The notes below the pieces were generated by a model. That model made no database searches. It was not told where the DNA came from and saw nothing but the letters and a program-made list of their open reading frames with translations. From positions 800,001 through 864,000 of the forward strand of contig OZ223269.1 of assembly GCA_965140585.1 (NCBI GenBank): a stretch of DNA of 64,000 nucleotides. Direction: 5' to 3'. Numbering within the stretch: the stretch's first letter is position 1; every line of letters begins with the position of its first letter. The translations under genes and the position numbers were made by a program. Shown here in pieces: positions 19,506-29,307 of this stretch. Origin of the DNA: Spirochaetia bacterium. GTDB lineage: Bacteria; Spirochaetota; Spirochaetia; UBA9216.

Positions 19506-20858
19506 ATGATCATGGATAAAGATAATATGGATCGATATGTCCGAATCGCCACAGAGAATAATACAATCTCTCCGGAACACTATAATAAGTATAATGTTAA
19601 ACGGGGACTTCGAAATTCTGACGGTTCAGGTGTACTGGTCGGATTGACTGAAATAGGTGATGTTCACGGATACATCATGGACGAAAGTGAAAAAGTTCCC
19701 GTAGAAGGACGGTTAAGATACCGTGGTATTGATGTTAAAGACCTGGTAGAAGGCTTTCAGAATGAAGGCAGACCAGGTTTTGAAGAAGTTATATATCTGC
19801 TGCTCTTTGGAGAATTACCAAGTCAGGAAGATTACAGACTTTTCTATGACTACCTCGGTTCACTCAGAAGTCTTCCTAAAAACTTTACTGAGGATATGAT
19901 TCTTAATACGCCCAGTGCGAATATAATGAACAAACTCGCCAGAAGTGTGCTTGCACATTATTCTTTTGATGAAAATTCAGAGGATCAATCAATAGGAAAT
20001 GTACTGAGACAGTCCATAGACCTGATTGCAAGATTCCCGACCATTGTTGCACATTCCTATCAGGCTAAAAGGAGATATTATGATCAGAAGAGTCTGTTTC
20101 TGCACACTCCTGATCCGGCACTTTCCACTGCTGAGAATTTTCTTATGCTCATTCGTCCTGATAAAAAATATTCACAGCTTGAAGCTGAACTTCTTGATCT
20201 CTGTCTTGTTCTGCATGCAGAGCACGGAGGAGGAAACAACTCTGCTTTTACGATTCACGTAGTATCTTCTGCCAGTACTGACACTTATTCTGCAATATCT
20301 GCCGGTATCGGATCTCTGAAGGGCGATCGTCACGGAGGAGCTAATATTAAAGTTCATGACATGTTTGATGATATAAAGAGCAATGTTAAAAACTGGAGTG
20401 ATGATGAAGAGATAAAAGCACATCTCATGAAAATCCTCAACAAGAAGGCTTTTGATAATTCGGGACTTATCTACGGACTCGGTCATGCAGTATATACCAT
20501 TTCGGATCCGCGTGCTCTGCTTCTTAAAAAGAAGGCGGAGATGCTCGCAAAAGAAACCGGTATGCTTGAAGAATTCAGGCTTTATGAAGCTGTTGAAAGA
20601 CTTGGTTCACAGACATTTAAAGAATTCAAAGGGTCTGATAAGCCTGTAAGTGCGAATGTTGATTTCTACTCAGGCTTTGTTTATAGCATGCTTAACATTC
20701 CAACGGAACTGTTTACCCCTATATTCGCAATTGCAAGAATTTCGGGCTGGTGTGCACACCGGATTGAAGAACTTGTTAAGGGCGGTAAGATTATGCGTCC
20801 GGCATACAAGAATGTTTCACGTCAGAAACCTTATATACCTCTTAAAGACAGAGCTTAA
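19506..20858 (+). CDS. gltA: Citrate synthase (Si-type fold; citrate/2-methylcitrate synthase family)
   Basis: LRYRG, HAEHGGGNNS, HGGAN, GLGHAVY...DPR, NVDFYSG, FAIARISGWCAH. Confidence 0.92.
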   Translation: MIMDKDNMDRYVRIATENNTISPEHYNKYNVKRGLRNSDGSGVLVGLTEIGDVHGYIMDESEKVPVEGRLRYRGIDVKDLVEGFQNEGRPGFEEVIYLLLFGELPSQEDYRLFYDYLGSLRSLPKNFTEDMILNTPSANIMNKLARSVLAHYSFDENSEDQSIGNVLRQSIDLIARFPTIVAHSYQAKRRYYDQKSLFLHTPDPALSTAENFLMLIRPDKKYSQLEAELLDLCLVLHAEHGGGNNSAFTIHVVSSASTDTYSAISAGIGSLKGDRHGGANIKVHDMFDDIKSNVKNWSDDEEIKAHLMKILNKKAFDNSGLIYGLGHAVYTISDPRALLLKKKAEMLAKETGMLEEFRLYEAVERLGSQTFKEFKGSDKPVSANVDFYSGFVYSMLNIPTELFTPIFAIARISGWCAHRIEELVKGGKIMRPAYKNVSRQKPYIPLKDRA

Positions 20859-20875
20859 TCTCAGGATTTTACATT

Positions 20876-20904
20876 AAAGCCGTTCTGAAAAGGAACGGCT
20901 TTTT
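20876..20904 (+). terminator. Intrinsic terminator after citrate synthase
   Basis: AAAGCCGTTC-loop-GAACGGCTTTTT. Confidence 0.8.
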
Positions 20905-20936
20905 AAATTCTTATTCAATATATCTGCAAATAAAAT

Positions 20937-20965
20937 TTGACCTCATAAATACTTGTTCTTATCAT
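20937..20965 (+). promoter_or_regulatory. Sigma70-type promoter of the pdh operon
   Basis: TTGACC-17 nt-TATCAT; SD TAAGGAG downstream. Confidence 0.65.
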
Positions 20966-20986
20966 TTAGATAAGGAGCTGATAAAT

Positions 20987-21424
20987 ATGGAAAAAAATGA
21001 GGTAATCATAAAACTAAAAAAAATAATCGATGATACTGGAACCGCTGTACTTGCAACTGCAGGCGCGTCGAATATTCCGGGAATGCGGTGGATGACACCG
21101 GTTTTTCTTAAAAATGACCGTGATAATATCTATGCAGTAACTTCATCAAAATTTACAAAAATATCTGATATTAAGAATAATAATAAGATTCAGTGGATGT
21201 TTCAGTCTAAAGCCCTGGATCTGATTATCAATGTTGATTGTGAGATATCCGTACTTGAAAATCCTGCAGTTGAAGCAGAAGTCCTTCAGGCTATGGGGGC
21301 TCGGCTTAATACATTCTGGACGGTAAATAAAGATTCATCCTCTCTGGTTGTACTGGAGAGCAGGATTATCAAAGCTGCGGTTTTTACCCCTGTTAAAAGC
21401 CAGAGACATCTTATCACTTTCTGA
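20987..21424 (+). CDS. Pyridoxamine 5'-phosphate oxidase-like (split-barrel, putative flavin-binding) protein
   Basis: AVLATAG...PGMRWM...IYAVTS..FTKISDIKNNNKI pattern of the PNPOx/general stress protein 26 fold. Confidence 0.7.
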   Translation: MEKNEVIIKLKKIIDDTGTAVLATAGASNIPGMRWMTPVFLKNDRDNIYAVTSSKFTKISDIKNNNKIQWMFQSKALDLIINVDCEISVLENPAVEAEVLQAMGARLNTFWTVNKDSSSLVVLESRIIKAAVFTPVKSQRHLITF

Positions 21425-21434
21425 AGGGGGAATT

Positions 21435-22418
21435 ATGTCGTCAGATAAATTACTTACAGAAAAAAATAAAAAACTATTAACCGGTATGCTTAAGGAGATG
21501 CTCCTTATAAGGCGGTTTGAAGAAGTTGCTGCAAGAATGTACGGACTCCGTAAAATCGGAGGTTTCTGCCATTTATACATAGGTGAAGAGGCTGTCGCAA
21601 CCGGGGCAATATCTGCTCTTGATTTATCAATTGATTATATAGCAGCAGCCTACAGGGATCATGGGCATGCTCTTGCCTGCGGAATGGATCCGAATGCGAT
21701 TATGGCTGAACTCTACGGCAAAATTACAGGCTGCAGTAAGGGCAAGGGCGGATCAATGCATATGTTTGATGCTGAAAAACATATGTTCGGCGGTAATGGA
21801 ATAGTCGGAGGCCAAATTCCTGTTGCCACTGGCGCCGCATTTAAAATTAAATACCGGAAAGAAAAAGGCGTTGTTTTATGCTTTTTCGGGGACGGCGCAA
21901 TTCATCAGGGTAGTTTTCATGAAAGTGTGAACCTTGCAAAGATTTATAATCTGCCTGTTATATACATATGTGAAAATAATCAGTATGGAATGGGGACTGA
22001 TTTCAGAAGGGTATCAGCTGTAGACGATTTTTCAGTTATGGGTAAATCTTATGGTATTGAAGGCATTCAGCTTAATGGTATGGATGTACTGGAGGTTTAT
22101 TCCGGAGTTAAAGAGCTTGCTGATAAACTGAAAAAGAATCCCGGACCCGGACTTTTGGAGATAAAGACTTACAGGTATAAAGGGCATTCTATGAGTGATC
22201 CCGGAAAATACAGAACCAAAGAGGAATTGGAAGAATACAGGGAGCGCGATCCGATTATTCTTCTAAAAACCAGAATGATGGAAAAAGGACTGCTCACAGA
22301 GGAAGAATACAGCAGTTATGACAAGGAAGCACAGAAGATTGCAAAGGATTCAGCAGATTTTGCAGAATCATCACCCGAACCGTCTCTTGAAGAGATGTAT
22401 ACAGATATTTACGCCTGA
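21435..22418 (+). CDS. pdhA: Pyruvate dehydrogenase E1 alpha
   Basis: GFCHLYIGEEA, YRDHG, GGSMH, GGNGIVG, GDGA...NN ThDP motif, YRYKGHSMSDP. Start moved to ATG 21435 (SD GGGGG). Confidence 0.93.
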   Translation: MSSDKLLTEKNKKLLTGMLKEMLLIRRFEEVAARMYGLRKIGGFCHLYIGEEAVATGAISALDLSIDYIAAAYRDHGHALACGMDPNAIMAELYGKITGCSKGKGGSMHMFDAEKHMFGGNGIVGGQIPVATGAAFKIKYRKEKGVVLCFFGDGAIHQGSFHESVNLAKIYNLPVIYICENNQYGMGTDFRRVSAVDDFSVMGKSYGIEGIQLNGMDVLEVYSGVKELADKLKKNPGPGLLEIKTYRYKGHSMSDPGKYRTKEELEEYRERDPIILLKTRMMEKGLLTEEEYSSYDKEAQKIAKDSADFAESSPEPSLEEMYTDIYA

Positions 22419-22428
22419 GGAGGTTGAA

Positions 22429-23403
22429 ATGGAAATTACTTTCAGAGAAGCTCTGAATCAGGCTATGAGCGAAGAAATGAGACGCGATCCTGATGTGTTC
22501 ATTTTAGGTGAAGAAGTAGCCCAGTACGATGGTGCTTATAAGGTTACACAGGGCATGCTTGATGAGTTCGGTCCTGAACGCGTTATCGATACCCCGATAT
22601 CTGAGGAAGGATTCACCGGACTTGCAGTTGGTGCAGCTATGGCCGGATTAAGGCCTATTGTTGAGTGGATGACACTTAATTTTTCTTTGATGGCCTATGA
22701 TCAGGTTATCAATAATGCTGCTAAAACAAGATATATGTCAGGCGGTCAGTTTATAATGCCAATGGTCATGAGAGGTCCCAATGGGCCTGCTGAATTTCTG
22801 GCGTCACAGCACAGTCAGGCTTTTCAGTCAATTTATGCCCATATTCCCGGGCTTAAGGTATGTGCACCTTCTACCTGTCATGACGCAAAAGGTATGCTGA
22901 AAACTGCTATAAGGGATGATAATCCTGTTATTTTTCTCGAAGCCGAAATGATGTATTCATGGAAGGGCGATGTTCCTGAAGAAGAATATCTTGAACCTAT
23001 TGATAAGGCCGTTGTACGAACTGCAGGCAAAGACATCACCATAGCCAGTTTTTCGAAACCGATGAGGCTTGTTGAAGAAGCGGCTGAAAAGCTTGAAGAG
23101 CGGGGAATTAGTGTTGAGGTTATTGATCTGAGATCTCTGCGTCCGCTGGATGAAGAAACAATCCTGCAGTCAGTGAAAAAAACAAACAGGTTCTTAATGG
23201 TCGAAGAAGCCTGGCCGTTTGCAAGTGTAGGTCATTCAGTATGTTCGATAGTAACTTCAAAGGCTTTTGATTTTCTTGACGCGCCGCCTGAACTTGTGGC
23301 AATGGAAGATGTTCCCATGCCTTATAACAGGGAACTGGAAAAAAATGTGTGTATAACAACTGACAAAATTATTAAGGGTGCAGAGAAAATACTCTATATT
23401 TAA
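22429..23403 (+). CDS. pdhB: Pyruvate dehydrogenase E1 beta
   Basis: GEEVAQYDGAYKVT, DTPISE, GLRPIVE, SQHSQ, DLRSLRPLD. Start moved to ATG 22429 (SD GAGGAGG). Confidence 0.93.
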   Translation: MEITFREALNQAMSEEMRRDPDVFILGEEVAQYDGAYKVTQGMLDEFGPERVIDTPISEEGFTGLAVGAAMAGLRPIVEWMTLNFSLMAYDQVINNAAKTRYMSGGQFIMPMVMRGPNGPAEFLASQHSQAFQSIYAHIPGLKVCAPSTCHDAKGMLKTAIRDDNPVIFLEAEMMYSWKGDVPEEEYLEPIDKAVVRTAGKDITIASFSKPMRLVEEAAEKLEERGISVEVIDLRSLRPLDEETILQSVKKTNRFLMVEEAWPFASVGHSVCSIVTSKAFDFLDAPPELVAMEDVPMPYNRELEKNVCITTDKIIKGAEKILYI

Positions 23404-23417
23404 ACGGAGGAAGCAGA

Positions 23418-24671
23418 ATGGCAGAAAAATTATATATGGCGGCGCTTTCTCCTACCATGGAGAAAGGTAAAATAGTCAGCTGGAATAAAAAAGAAGGCGA
23501 TGCCGTAAAAAGCGGCGACGTAATATGCGAAGTGGAAACTGATAAGGCGGTTATGGACTATGAATCAGACTTCGACGCATATATATTAAAAATTGTACTT
23601 CCAGAAGGTAGTTCCGCTGAAGTAGGTGAGGTAATTGCCTACTACGGAGAGGAAGGTGAAACTGTTGAAATTAGTGAACAGAAAAAGCCTGAAAGTGCAA
23701 AAAAGGAAGCAGCTGCAGAAAATAAAACAGAGGCGGCGGTAGAAAAGACAGGAGAAAATAAACCGAGCACTGTAAATAATTCTGAAAATAACGTTGCTGC
23801 AGACGGAAAGCGAATAAGAATTTCACCGCTTGCCAAAAAAATAGCTTCAGAAAACGGAATCTCAATCAGTACGGTAAACGGCAGTGGTACAGACGGCAGA
23901 ATAATCAAACGTGACATTGAATCAATTCTGGAAGGTGGATCTGCACCTGCGGCAGGAAATTATACTGCAGCTCAGGATACTGATAAAGAAATCCCTGTTT
24001 CAGGTATGCGTTCAGTTATTGCACGCCGGCTTGCAGAGTCCAAGTTTTCTGCTCCGCATTACTATCTGAATGTTTCTGTAGATATGACTGCTCTGACAGA
24101 AGCTCGTGAAAAGATTAACCGTAAACTTGGAAATAAAATATCCATGAATTCTTTTATAATCAAAATTGCTACGGCAGCTTTGAAAAGGCATCCTGTTATT
24201 AACAGCAGCTGGAATGGTGACTCAATAATTCAATTCGGAGCAGTTAATGTGGGATTTGCAGTCGCCCTTGAGCAAGGTCTTATTGCTCCAGTTATTAAAA
24301 ATACAGACAGGATGGGAATCCTGGAAATTGATTCTGAATTTAGAAGACTTGTAGATCGGGCTAAAAGCGGAACGATCAAGCCTGAAGAATATTCAGGAGC
24401 AGGATTCAGCATCAGTAATCTTGGAGGTTTCGGAATAGAGAATTTTACAGCGATAATAAATCCGCCCGGATCCTCTATTCTTGCAATAGGAGCTGTTATT
24501 AAAAAGCCGGTTGTAGTTCAGGATGATGACGGAGAAGATATTGTCACAATAAAACCAATGATGAAACTGTCCCTGTCCTGTGATCACAGGGTTATTGACG
24601 GTGCAGATGGTGCGGCTTTTCTGGCTGATATTAAATCTATGCTTGAATCCCCGGTGGAAGCCTTACTTTAA
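23418..24671 (+). CDS. pdhC: Dihydrolipoamide acetyltransferase (E2)
   Basis: One lipoyl domain (VETDKA), peripheral subunit-binding domain (SPLAKK...GSGTDGRI), catalytic DHRVIDG. Confidence 0.95.
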   Translation: MAEKLYMAALSPTMEKGKIVSWNKKEGDAVKSGDVICEVETDKAVMDYESDFDAYILKIVLPEGSSAEVGEVIAYYGEEGETVEISEQKKPESAKKEAAAENKTEAAVEKTGENKPSTVNNSENNVAADGKRIRISPLAKKIASENGISISTVNGSGTDGRIIKRDIESILEGGSAPAAGNYTAAQDTDKEIPVSGMRSVIARRLAESKFSAPHYYLNVSVDMTALTEAREKINRKLGNKISMNSFIIKIATAALKRHPVINSSWNGDSIIQFGAVNVGFAVALEQGLIAPVIKNTDRMGILEIDSEFRRLVDRAKSGTIKPEEYSGAGFSISNLGGFGIENFTAIINPPGSSILAIGAVIKKPVVVQDDDGEDIVTIKPMMKLSLSCDHRVIDGADGAAFLADIKSMLESPVEALL

Positions 24672-24705
24672 AAAAAAGCAGGATAGAACAGTTGTTCTAT
24701 CCTGC
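24670..24705. terminator. Terminator between convergent pdhC and EF-G II gene
   Basis: GCAGGATAGAAC-AGTT-GTTCTATCCTGC (24678-24705). The preceding A run gives the U tail on the minus strand. Confidence 0.8.
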
Positions 24706-24731
24706 AATAATTACTTTCTTAAGGAAAACTC

Positions 24732-26810
24732 TTATTCTTCTTCTTTGTGAGCCTTTGCTTCAGCAATTACCTTATCGGCAATAGGTCCGGAAATTGGAGT
24801 GTAGTGATCAAACTCCAATTCGAATGAAGCTGTTCCGGAAGTAATAGATCGTAAATCAACCGAGTAGTTCAGCATTTCTCCCTGTGGTACCTGAGCGTCA
24901 ATTTCAAGAATTCCGCCTCCCAGAGGTTCCTGTCCTAAAACTTTTCCTCGTTTGGAGCTGAGATCCGATAATATGTCACCCATATACTGTTCTTCACAGA
25001 AAACTTTAAGATTCATTATAGGTTCAAGAAGTTTGACACCGGCTTTTTCAAATGCGGCTTTAAGTGCACCCTTTCCGGCCAGCTTAAATGCCATTTCAGA
25101 AGAATCTACGGGATGCTCCTTACCGTCAATAATTCTTGCTTCAAGGTCAACTACAGGGTATCCGGCAAGAAAACCTTCCTCCATTGCCTCAAGAATACCC
25201 TTTTCGATTCCCGGCATATATCCTTTAGATATTGATCCGCCTTTGATAGCATTTTCAAAACGCATATACTCACCGCGTTCTATGGGTTTGATTTCCATAA
25301 CTACACGACCGTACTGTCCATGTCCGCCGGACTGTTTTTTATGCGTATATTCAGCGCTTGCTGCTTTGGTTATTGATTCACGATAAGCTATTCTCGGTTT
25401 TCTGATTTCAACTTCTACCTTACCTTTATCACGTACATTGTCCAGAACAATATTAAGCTGAAGTTCACCCATACAGGAAACAACAGTTTCCTTGGTTTCT
25501 GTATTGTATTTAATCTGAAAGGTAAGATCCTGATCTGCAGCTTTGTGAAGGAACTGATTAAGCTTGTCTTCTTCCTTCTTACTTTCTGCTGATATTGCAA
25601 CAGCATGAACAGGCTGGGGGAGTTTAAGAGGCACAAAATGATATTTAATATCTGCAGCACAGTATGTGTCGTTTGTGTTTGCTCCTTCAACTTTAGCCAT
25701 TATGCCGATATCTCCGGCAATTAATTCATTAACTTCAATCAGCTTTTTTCCCTGAGTCTTGTACAGTTTGGAAATTCGTTCCTTTTTATTGTCTTTAACA
25801 TTATGAATTTCAGATTCAGAATTGAATTTACCCGTAATAACCTTAATGTAGGAAAGCCTGCCGGAAAACTGATCTATAGTAGTTTTAAAAACCATTAGAG
25901 AAACAGGTTTTGAAGCATCGTATTTTACTTCAACTTCCTCCTCATTTTCATTCAACGCAGGTTCATTAAGGCCTTCAGGATTAGGGGCGTTATTGGCAAT
26001 AAAATTAAGAAGTGAAGTCAGGCCGCTGTTCATTGTAGCTGCACCGCAGAGAACGGGTACTATTTTATTGCTTACAAGACCTTCATTTAAGCCGTGTCTT
26101 ATTTCATCTTCGCTGAGTGTTCCTTCCGCAAAATATTTTTCCAGAAGTTCATCATCACCCTCGGCTGCTGATTCAATAGTTATAAGACGGTATTCTTCGA
26201 CTATATCTTTCATATCTTCAGGAATGTCAGCGGCTTTTTCCTTACCGCCGCCTTCAGGAATGAGATAGGCCTTATTTTCAATCAGGTTTATTATTCCTTT
26301 ATAATTGCTTCCAGCTCCAATTGGAATAGTAACAGGAACAAGCGGAAGTTTGAATTTATCTTTGAGATCGGCAAAACAGGAATCGAAATCTGCACGATCC
26401 TTATCCATTTTATTGATAAAAGCTACTCTCGGTTTATTGCGGTCATTTAAACGCCGCCAAAGTTTCAGAGTTTCAATCTGAACTCCGGCATCAGCGGCAA
26501 CCAGCATTATTGCGGTTTCTGCAGAACGGAATGCTGCAACTACTTCACCTACGAAGTCTGAAGCACCGGGCGTATCCAGAATATTTATCTGTTTCTCTTT
26601 CCAGACAATATTTGAGAGACTTGTGTGTATTGATATTTTTCTATTAATCTCCTCCTCTGAAAAATCGCTGACAGTTTTCCCGTTGTCAACACTTTCAGCC
26701 TTTGAGATAACGTTACCGTTAAAGAGCATCTGCTCAACCACGGTTGTTTTTCCTGTACTGCCATGACCGGCGAGTGCAATGTTTCTGATGGCATTTGTTG
26801 GGAAACTCAT
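24732..26810 (-). CDS. fusA2: Elongation factor G-like protein, EF-G II (FusA2) type
   Basis: G1 GHGSTGKT, divergent G2 RKISI, DTPG, NKMD; domain IV KKQSGGHGQYG and HPVDSSEMAF intact. Start moved to ATG 26810 (SD AGGAG). Confidence 0.88.
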   Translation of the reverse strand: MSFPTNAIRNIALAGHGSTGKTTVVEQMLFNGNVISKAESVDNGKTVSDFSEEEINRKISIHTSLSNIVWKEKQINILDTPGASDFVGEVVAAFRSAETAIMLVAADAGVQIETLKLWRRLNDRNKPRVAFINKMDKDRADFDSCFADLKDKFKLPLVPVTIPIGAGSNYKGIINLIENKAYLIPEGGGKEKAADIPEDMKDIVEEYRLITIESAAEGDDELLEKYFAEGTLSEDEIRHGLNEGLVSNKIVPVLCGAATMNSGLTSLLNFIANNAPNPEGLNEPALNENEEEVEVKYDASKPVSLMVFKTTIDQFSGRLSYIKVITGKFNSESEIHNVKDNKKERISKLYKTQGKKLIEVNELIAGDIGIMAKVEGANTNDTYCAADIKYHFVPLKLPQPVHAVAISAESKKEEDKLNQFLHKAADQDLTFQIKYNTETKETVVSCMGELQLNIVLDNVRDKGKVEVEIRKPRIAYRESITKAASAEYTHKKQSGGHGQYGRVVMEIKPIERGEYMRFENAIKGGSISKGYMPGIEKGILEAMEEGFLAGYPVVDLEARIIDGKEHPVDSSEMAFKLAGKGALKAAFEKAGVKLLEPIMNLKVFCEEQYMGDILSDLSSKRGKVLGQEPLGGGILEIDAQVPQGEMLNYSVDLRSITSGTASFELEFDHYTPISGPIADKVIAEAKAHKEEE

Positions 26811-26841
26811 GTTTGCTCCTTGTTGTGAGGTTGGATAATTA

Positions 26842-26870
26842 ACTATAGACGTGATTTTTTCAGCCGTCAA
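26842..26870 (-). promoter_or_regulatory. Sigma70-type promoter of the EF-G II gene
   Basis: Minus strand TTGACG-17 nt-TATAGT. Confidence 0.75.
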
Positions 26871-26950
26871 GAATTAATTAGAGGACGGTGAGGAGCGTGT
26901 TAAAACTGTGTTAATTAAATGACTGGGTTAATCATCTACAAAAAATCCAT

Positions 26951-27017
26951 GAAATAAGTTGTGAGGCACTCACAACTTATTTCCGAATATAATCTCGATG
27001 CAATCGAGATTATATTC
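26951..27017. repeat. Two tandem perfect 15-bp inverted repeats, each with a GCA loop
   Basis: GAAATAAGTTGTGAG-GCA-CTCACAACTTATTTC (26951-26983), C, GAATATAATCTCGAT-GCA-ATCGAGATTATATTC (26985-27017). Confidence 0.95.
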
Positions 27018-29043
27018 CACCTTCCTTAGGTGCAAAATGACTGAACTCCATCGAGAAGGTTCCTCTTCCCTGGGTAAGGCTCCTGAGTACTGTAGAGTAC
27101 CCGAACATTTTGGAAAGAGGTGCTTCAACGTTCAGGTGCTCTATTGCGGTGCGGCTTTCAAGGCTGTGCACTATTCCGCCGCGTACAGTTACGTTGTTAA
27201 TTACCTCTCCAATGTAGTCCTTAGGACAGAGAATACCGACCTTCATAACGGGTTCAAGCAGAACCGGCCCGGCATTCCGGCAGGCTTCATCAAACCCCAT
27301 GGCCGCTGCTGCCTCAAAGGCGAAGGCCGTTGAAGTCATCTCATTGTAAACCGCAGATTCAAGAACAACACTGATATCAATTCCTGGGTAGCCATACATA
27401 ATACCTCCGGAAAAGGAGTTTTCAATACCGCGCCTGATAGCATCGAGGTATTCCCTCGGCAGAGTTTTTTCAGTTACAAGGCTGGAGAATAGATTACCCT
27501 CGCCGCGAGCAGAAGGTTTAACCCGAATTGTTAGTTCTGCAGTATTATCCTTACCGGCCATGACCTTATGGAATTTTTCAGTGTGCAGGTACTCCTGAGT
27601 GACTGTTTCCCTGTATGAAACCTGAGGATTACCTATTTTAGCTGCAACCTTATAGTCGTCAACTATCCTGGTAACAAGAACATCAAGATGAAGCTCTCCC
27701 ATACCTGAGATTACAAGCTGACCGGTTTCATCATTTTCTTTTACAACAAATGTCGGGTCCTCTCTTGTGAGGTTATCAAGTGTCTTTTTCAGTTTATCCA
27801 TATCGGACATGGATTTGGGTTCTATAGCAACAGAAATTACAGGTTCCGGGAAGTGCAGGTTTTCAAGCAGGACCTGATGTCCCTCGCTTCCGATGGTATC
27901 ACCTGTCTGGGCATCTTTCATTCCGATTATTACACCTATTTCTCCTGCGGCAAGAGATGACAGGTCTTCTGAAGTGTTTGAATGCATACGTAAAATACGG
28001 TTTATCCGCTCTCTTTTACGTTTGTTCATATTGTAGACAGCAGTACCTTTTTTTATAACTCCGGAATAAACACGGACATAACACATAGGGCCTGCTTCAC
28101 GATCATTCTGAATCTTAAAAACAAGCGCAAGCGGATTTCCATCATCACTTCTATCTACAATTACTTCACTTTCATTTTTAACTGAATGGCCTGTTATAGC
28201 AGGAAGATCACCGGGAGCTGGAAGATATTCGATAATACCGTCAAGCAATGGCTGAACTCCGATATTCCTTAAAGAAGCTCCAACAAAAACGGGCAGAAAA
28301 CTCTGGTCAAGAACTACCTTCCTTAAAACCTTATTGATTAGTTCAACAGGAATGTCGTTGCCTTCAAGATAAAGCTCGGTTACCTCATCGCTGAATTCAC
28401 CCAGTTTATCAATAAGCTTCTCTCTCCATTCTGACGCTATTTCTGAATTCTCAGGAGAGATATCCTTGTATATAAGTGCTGCTGCCGGATCATCAGGCCA
28501 GTATATTTCTCTCATATTGAGAAGATCAATAATACCCTTAAAATCAGATTCGGCGCCGATGGGCAGATACAATGGTACCGGGACGGCTCCAAGTTTTTCC
28601 TCAATTTCGGTTAGTACATCAAAAAAATCTGCACCTATACGATCCATCTTGTTGATATACGCAATTCTTGAAACATTGTAGGTATCAGCCTGATGCCAGA
28701 CAGTTTCGGACTGGGGCTCAACACCGCCGACCGCACAGAAAATGGCTACAGCACCGTCCAGAACACGAAGAGAGCGTTCAACTTCAGCAGTAAAATCTAC
28801 ATGACCCGGAGTGTCGATAATATTTATCTGCCTATCCTTCCAGTAGCAGGTTGTAGCCGCTGATACGATTGTGATACCGCGGTTCTGCTCCTGTTCCATC
28901 CAGTCCATTGTAGCTTCGCCGTCATCGACTTCACCGATTCGGTGGCTTTTCCCGGTATAGAAAAGTATTCGTTCCGTAGTGGTTGTTTTTCCGGCATCAA
29001 TGTGTGCCATTATCCCGATATTTCTCATGTTCTCTGCTGTCAT
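27010..29043 (-). CDS. fusA: Elongation factor G paralog, probably the spirochete ribosome-recycling type (spdEFG2)
   Basis: [25 protein letters not shown] all canonical; domain IV loops degenerate ([20 protein letters not shown]). Start ATG 29043 (SD GGAG). Confidence 0.88.
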   Translation of the reverse strand: MTAENMRNIGIMAHIDAGKTTTTERILFYTGKSHRIGEVDDGEATMDWMEQEQNRGITIVSAATTCYWKDRQINIIDTPGHVDFTAEVERSLRVLDGAVAIFCAVGGVEPQSETVWHQADTYNVSRIAYINKMDRIGADFFDVLTEIEEKLGAVPVPLYLPIGAESDFKGIIDLLNMREIYWPDDPAAALIYKDISPENSEIASEWREKLIDKLGEFSDEVTELYLEGNDIPVELINKVLRKVVLDQSFLPVFVGASLRNIGVQPLLDGIIEYLPAPGDLPAITGHSVKNESEVIVDRSDDGNPLALVFKIQNDREAGPMCYVRVYSGVIKKGTAVYNMNKRKRERINRILRMHSNTSEDLSSLAAGEIGVIIGMKDAQTGDTIGSEGHQVLLENLHFPEPVISVAIEPKSMSDMDKLKKTLDNLTREDPTFVVKENDETGQLVISGMGELHLDVLVTRIVDDYKVAAKIGNPQVSYRETVTQEYLHTEKFHKVMAGKDNTAELTIRVKPSARGEGNLFSSLVTEKTLPREYLDAIRRGIENSFSGGIMYGYPGIDISVVLESAVYNEMTSTAFAFEAAAAMGFDEACRNAGPVLLEPVMKVGILCPKDYIGEVINNVTVRGGIVHSLESRTAIEHLNVEAPLSKMFGYSTVLRSLTQGRGTFSMEFSHFAPKEGGI

Positions 29044-29133
29044 TATTGTCTCCGCGCGCATAATATCACAGATCATTAATTTTTTTAAAGAGGATGTAAA
29101 AACAATATTTTATAAATAATTTCTGCAATCTTA

Positions 29134-29163
29134 TTGACAAAAAAATGGATACTATGCTATTTT
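29134..29163 (+). promoter_or_regulatory. Probable sigma70 promoter of tRNA-Val
   Basis: TTGACA-18 nt-TATTTT with an extended -10 TG. Confidence 0.5.
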
Positions 29164-29181
29164 CATTCTCGCAACGAGTAC

Positions 29182-29254
<73 letters not shown>

Positions 29255-29257
29255 AGT

Positions 29258-29288
29258 GGACTACCTTAACAGGTAGTCCTTTTTTTTT
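29258..29288 (+). terminator. Intrinsic terminator after tRNA-Val
   Basis: GGACTACCT-TAAC-AGGTAGTCC followed by a T run. Confidence 0.9.
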
Positions 29289-29307
29289 ATCAGGAAGCTA
29301 TTGCAAT

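Noticed and set aside
19506-20858. Citrate synthase substituting for NifV
   Set aside because: It has the Si-citrate synthase fold, unrelated to the NifV/LeuA family; it lies about 10 kb from nif with its own transcription signals, and nifV may lie outside the window.
21348-22428. Long gene overlaps implied by ORF-track starts (pdhA 21348, pdhB 22318; also murI 33720, gap 60368, fusA2 26870)
   Set aside because: Downstream ATGs, most with clear SD sequences, give family-typical N-termini and remove or shrink the overlaps.
26985-27017. Perfect IR containing TATAAT as a Borrelia-type hairpin telomere (ResT) junction, or the 34-bp period as a lox/dif-like site
   Set aside because: It has a 3-nt asymmetric centre, no TAGTA box, no resolvase or recombinase nearby, and it overlaps a gene end.
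26951-27017. Mini CRISPR array
   Set aside because: Only two units with different sequences, no spacers and no cas genes.
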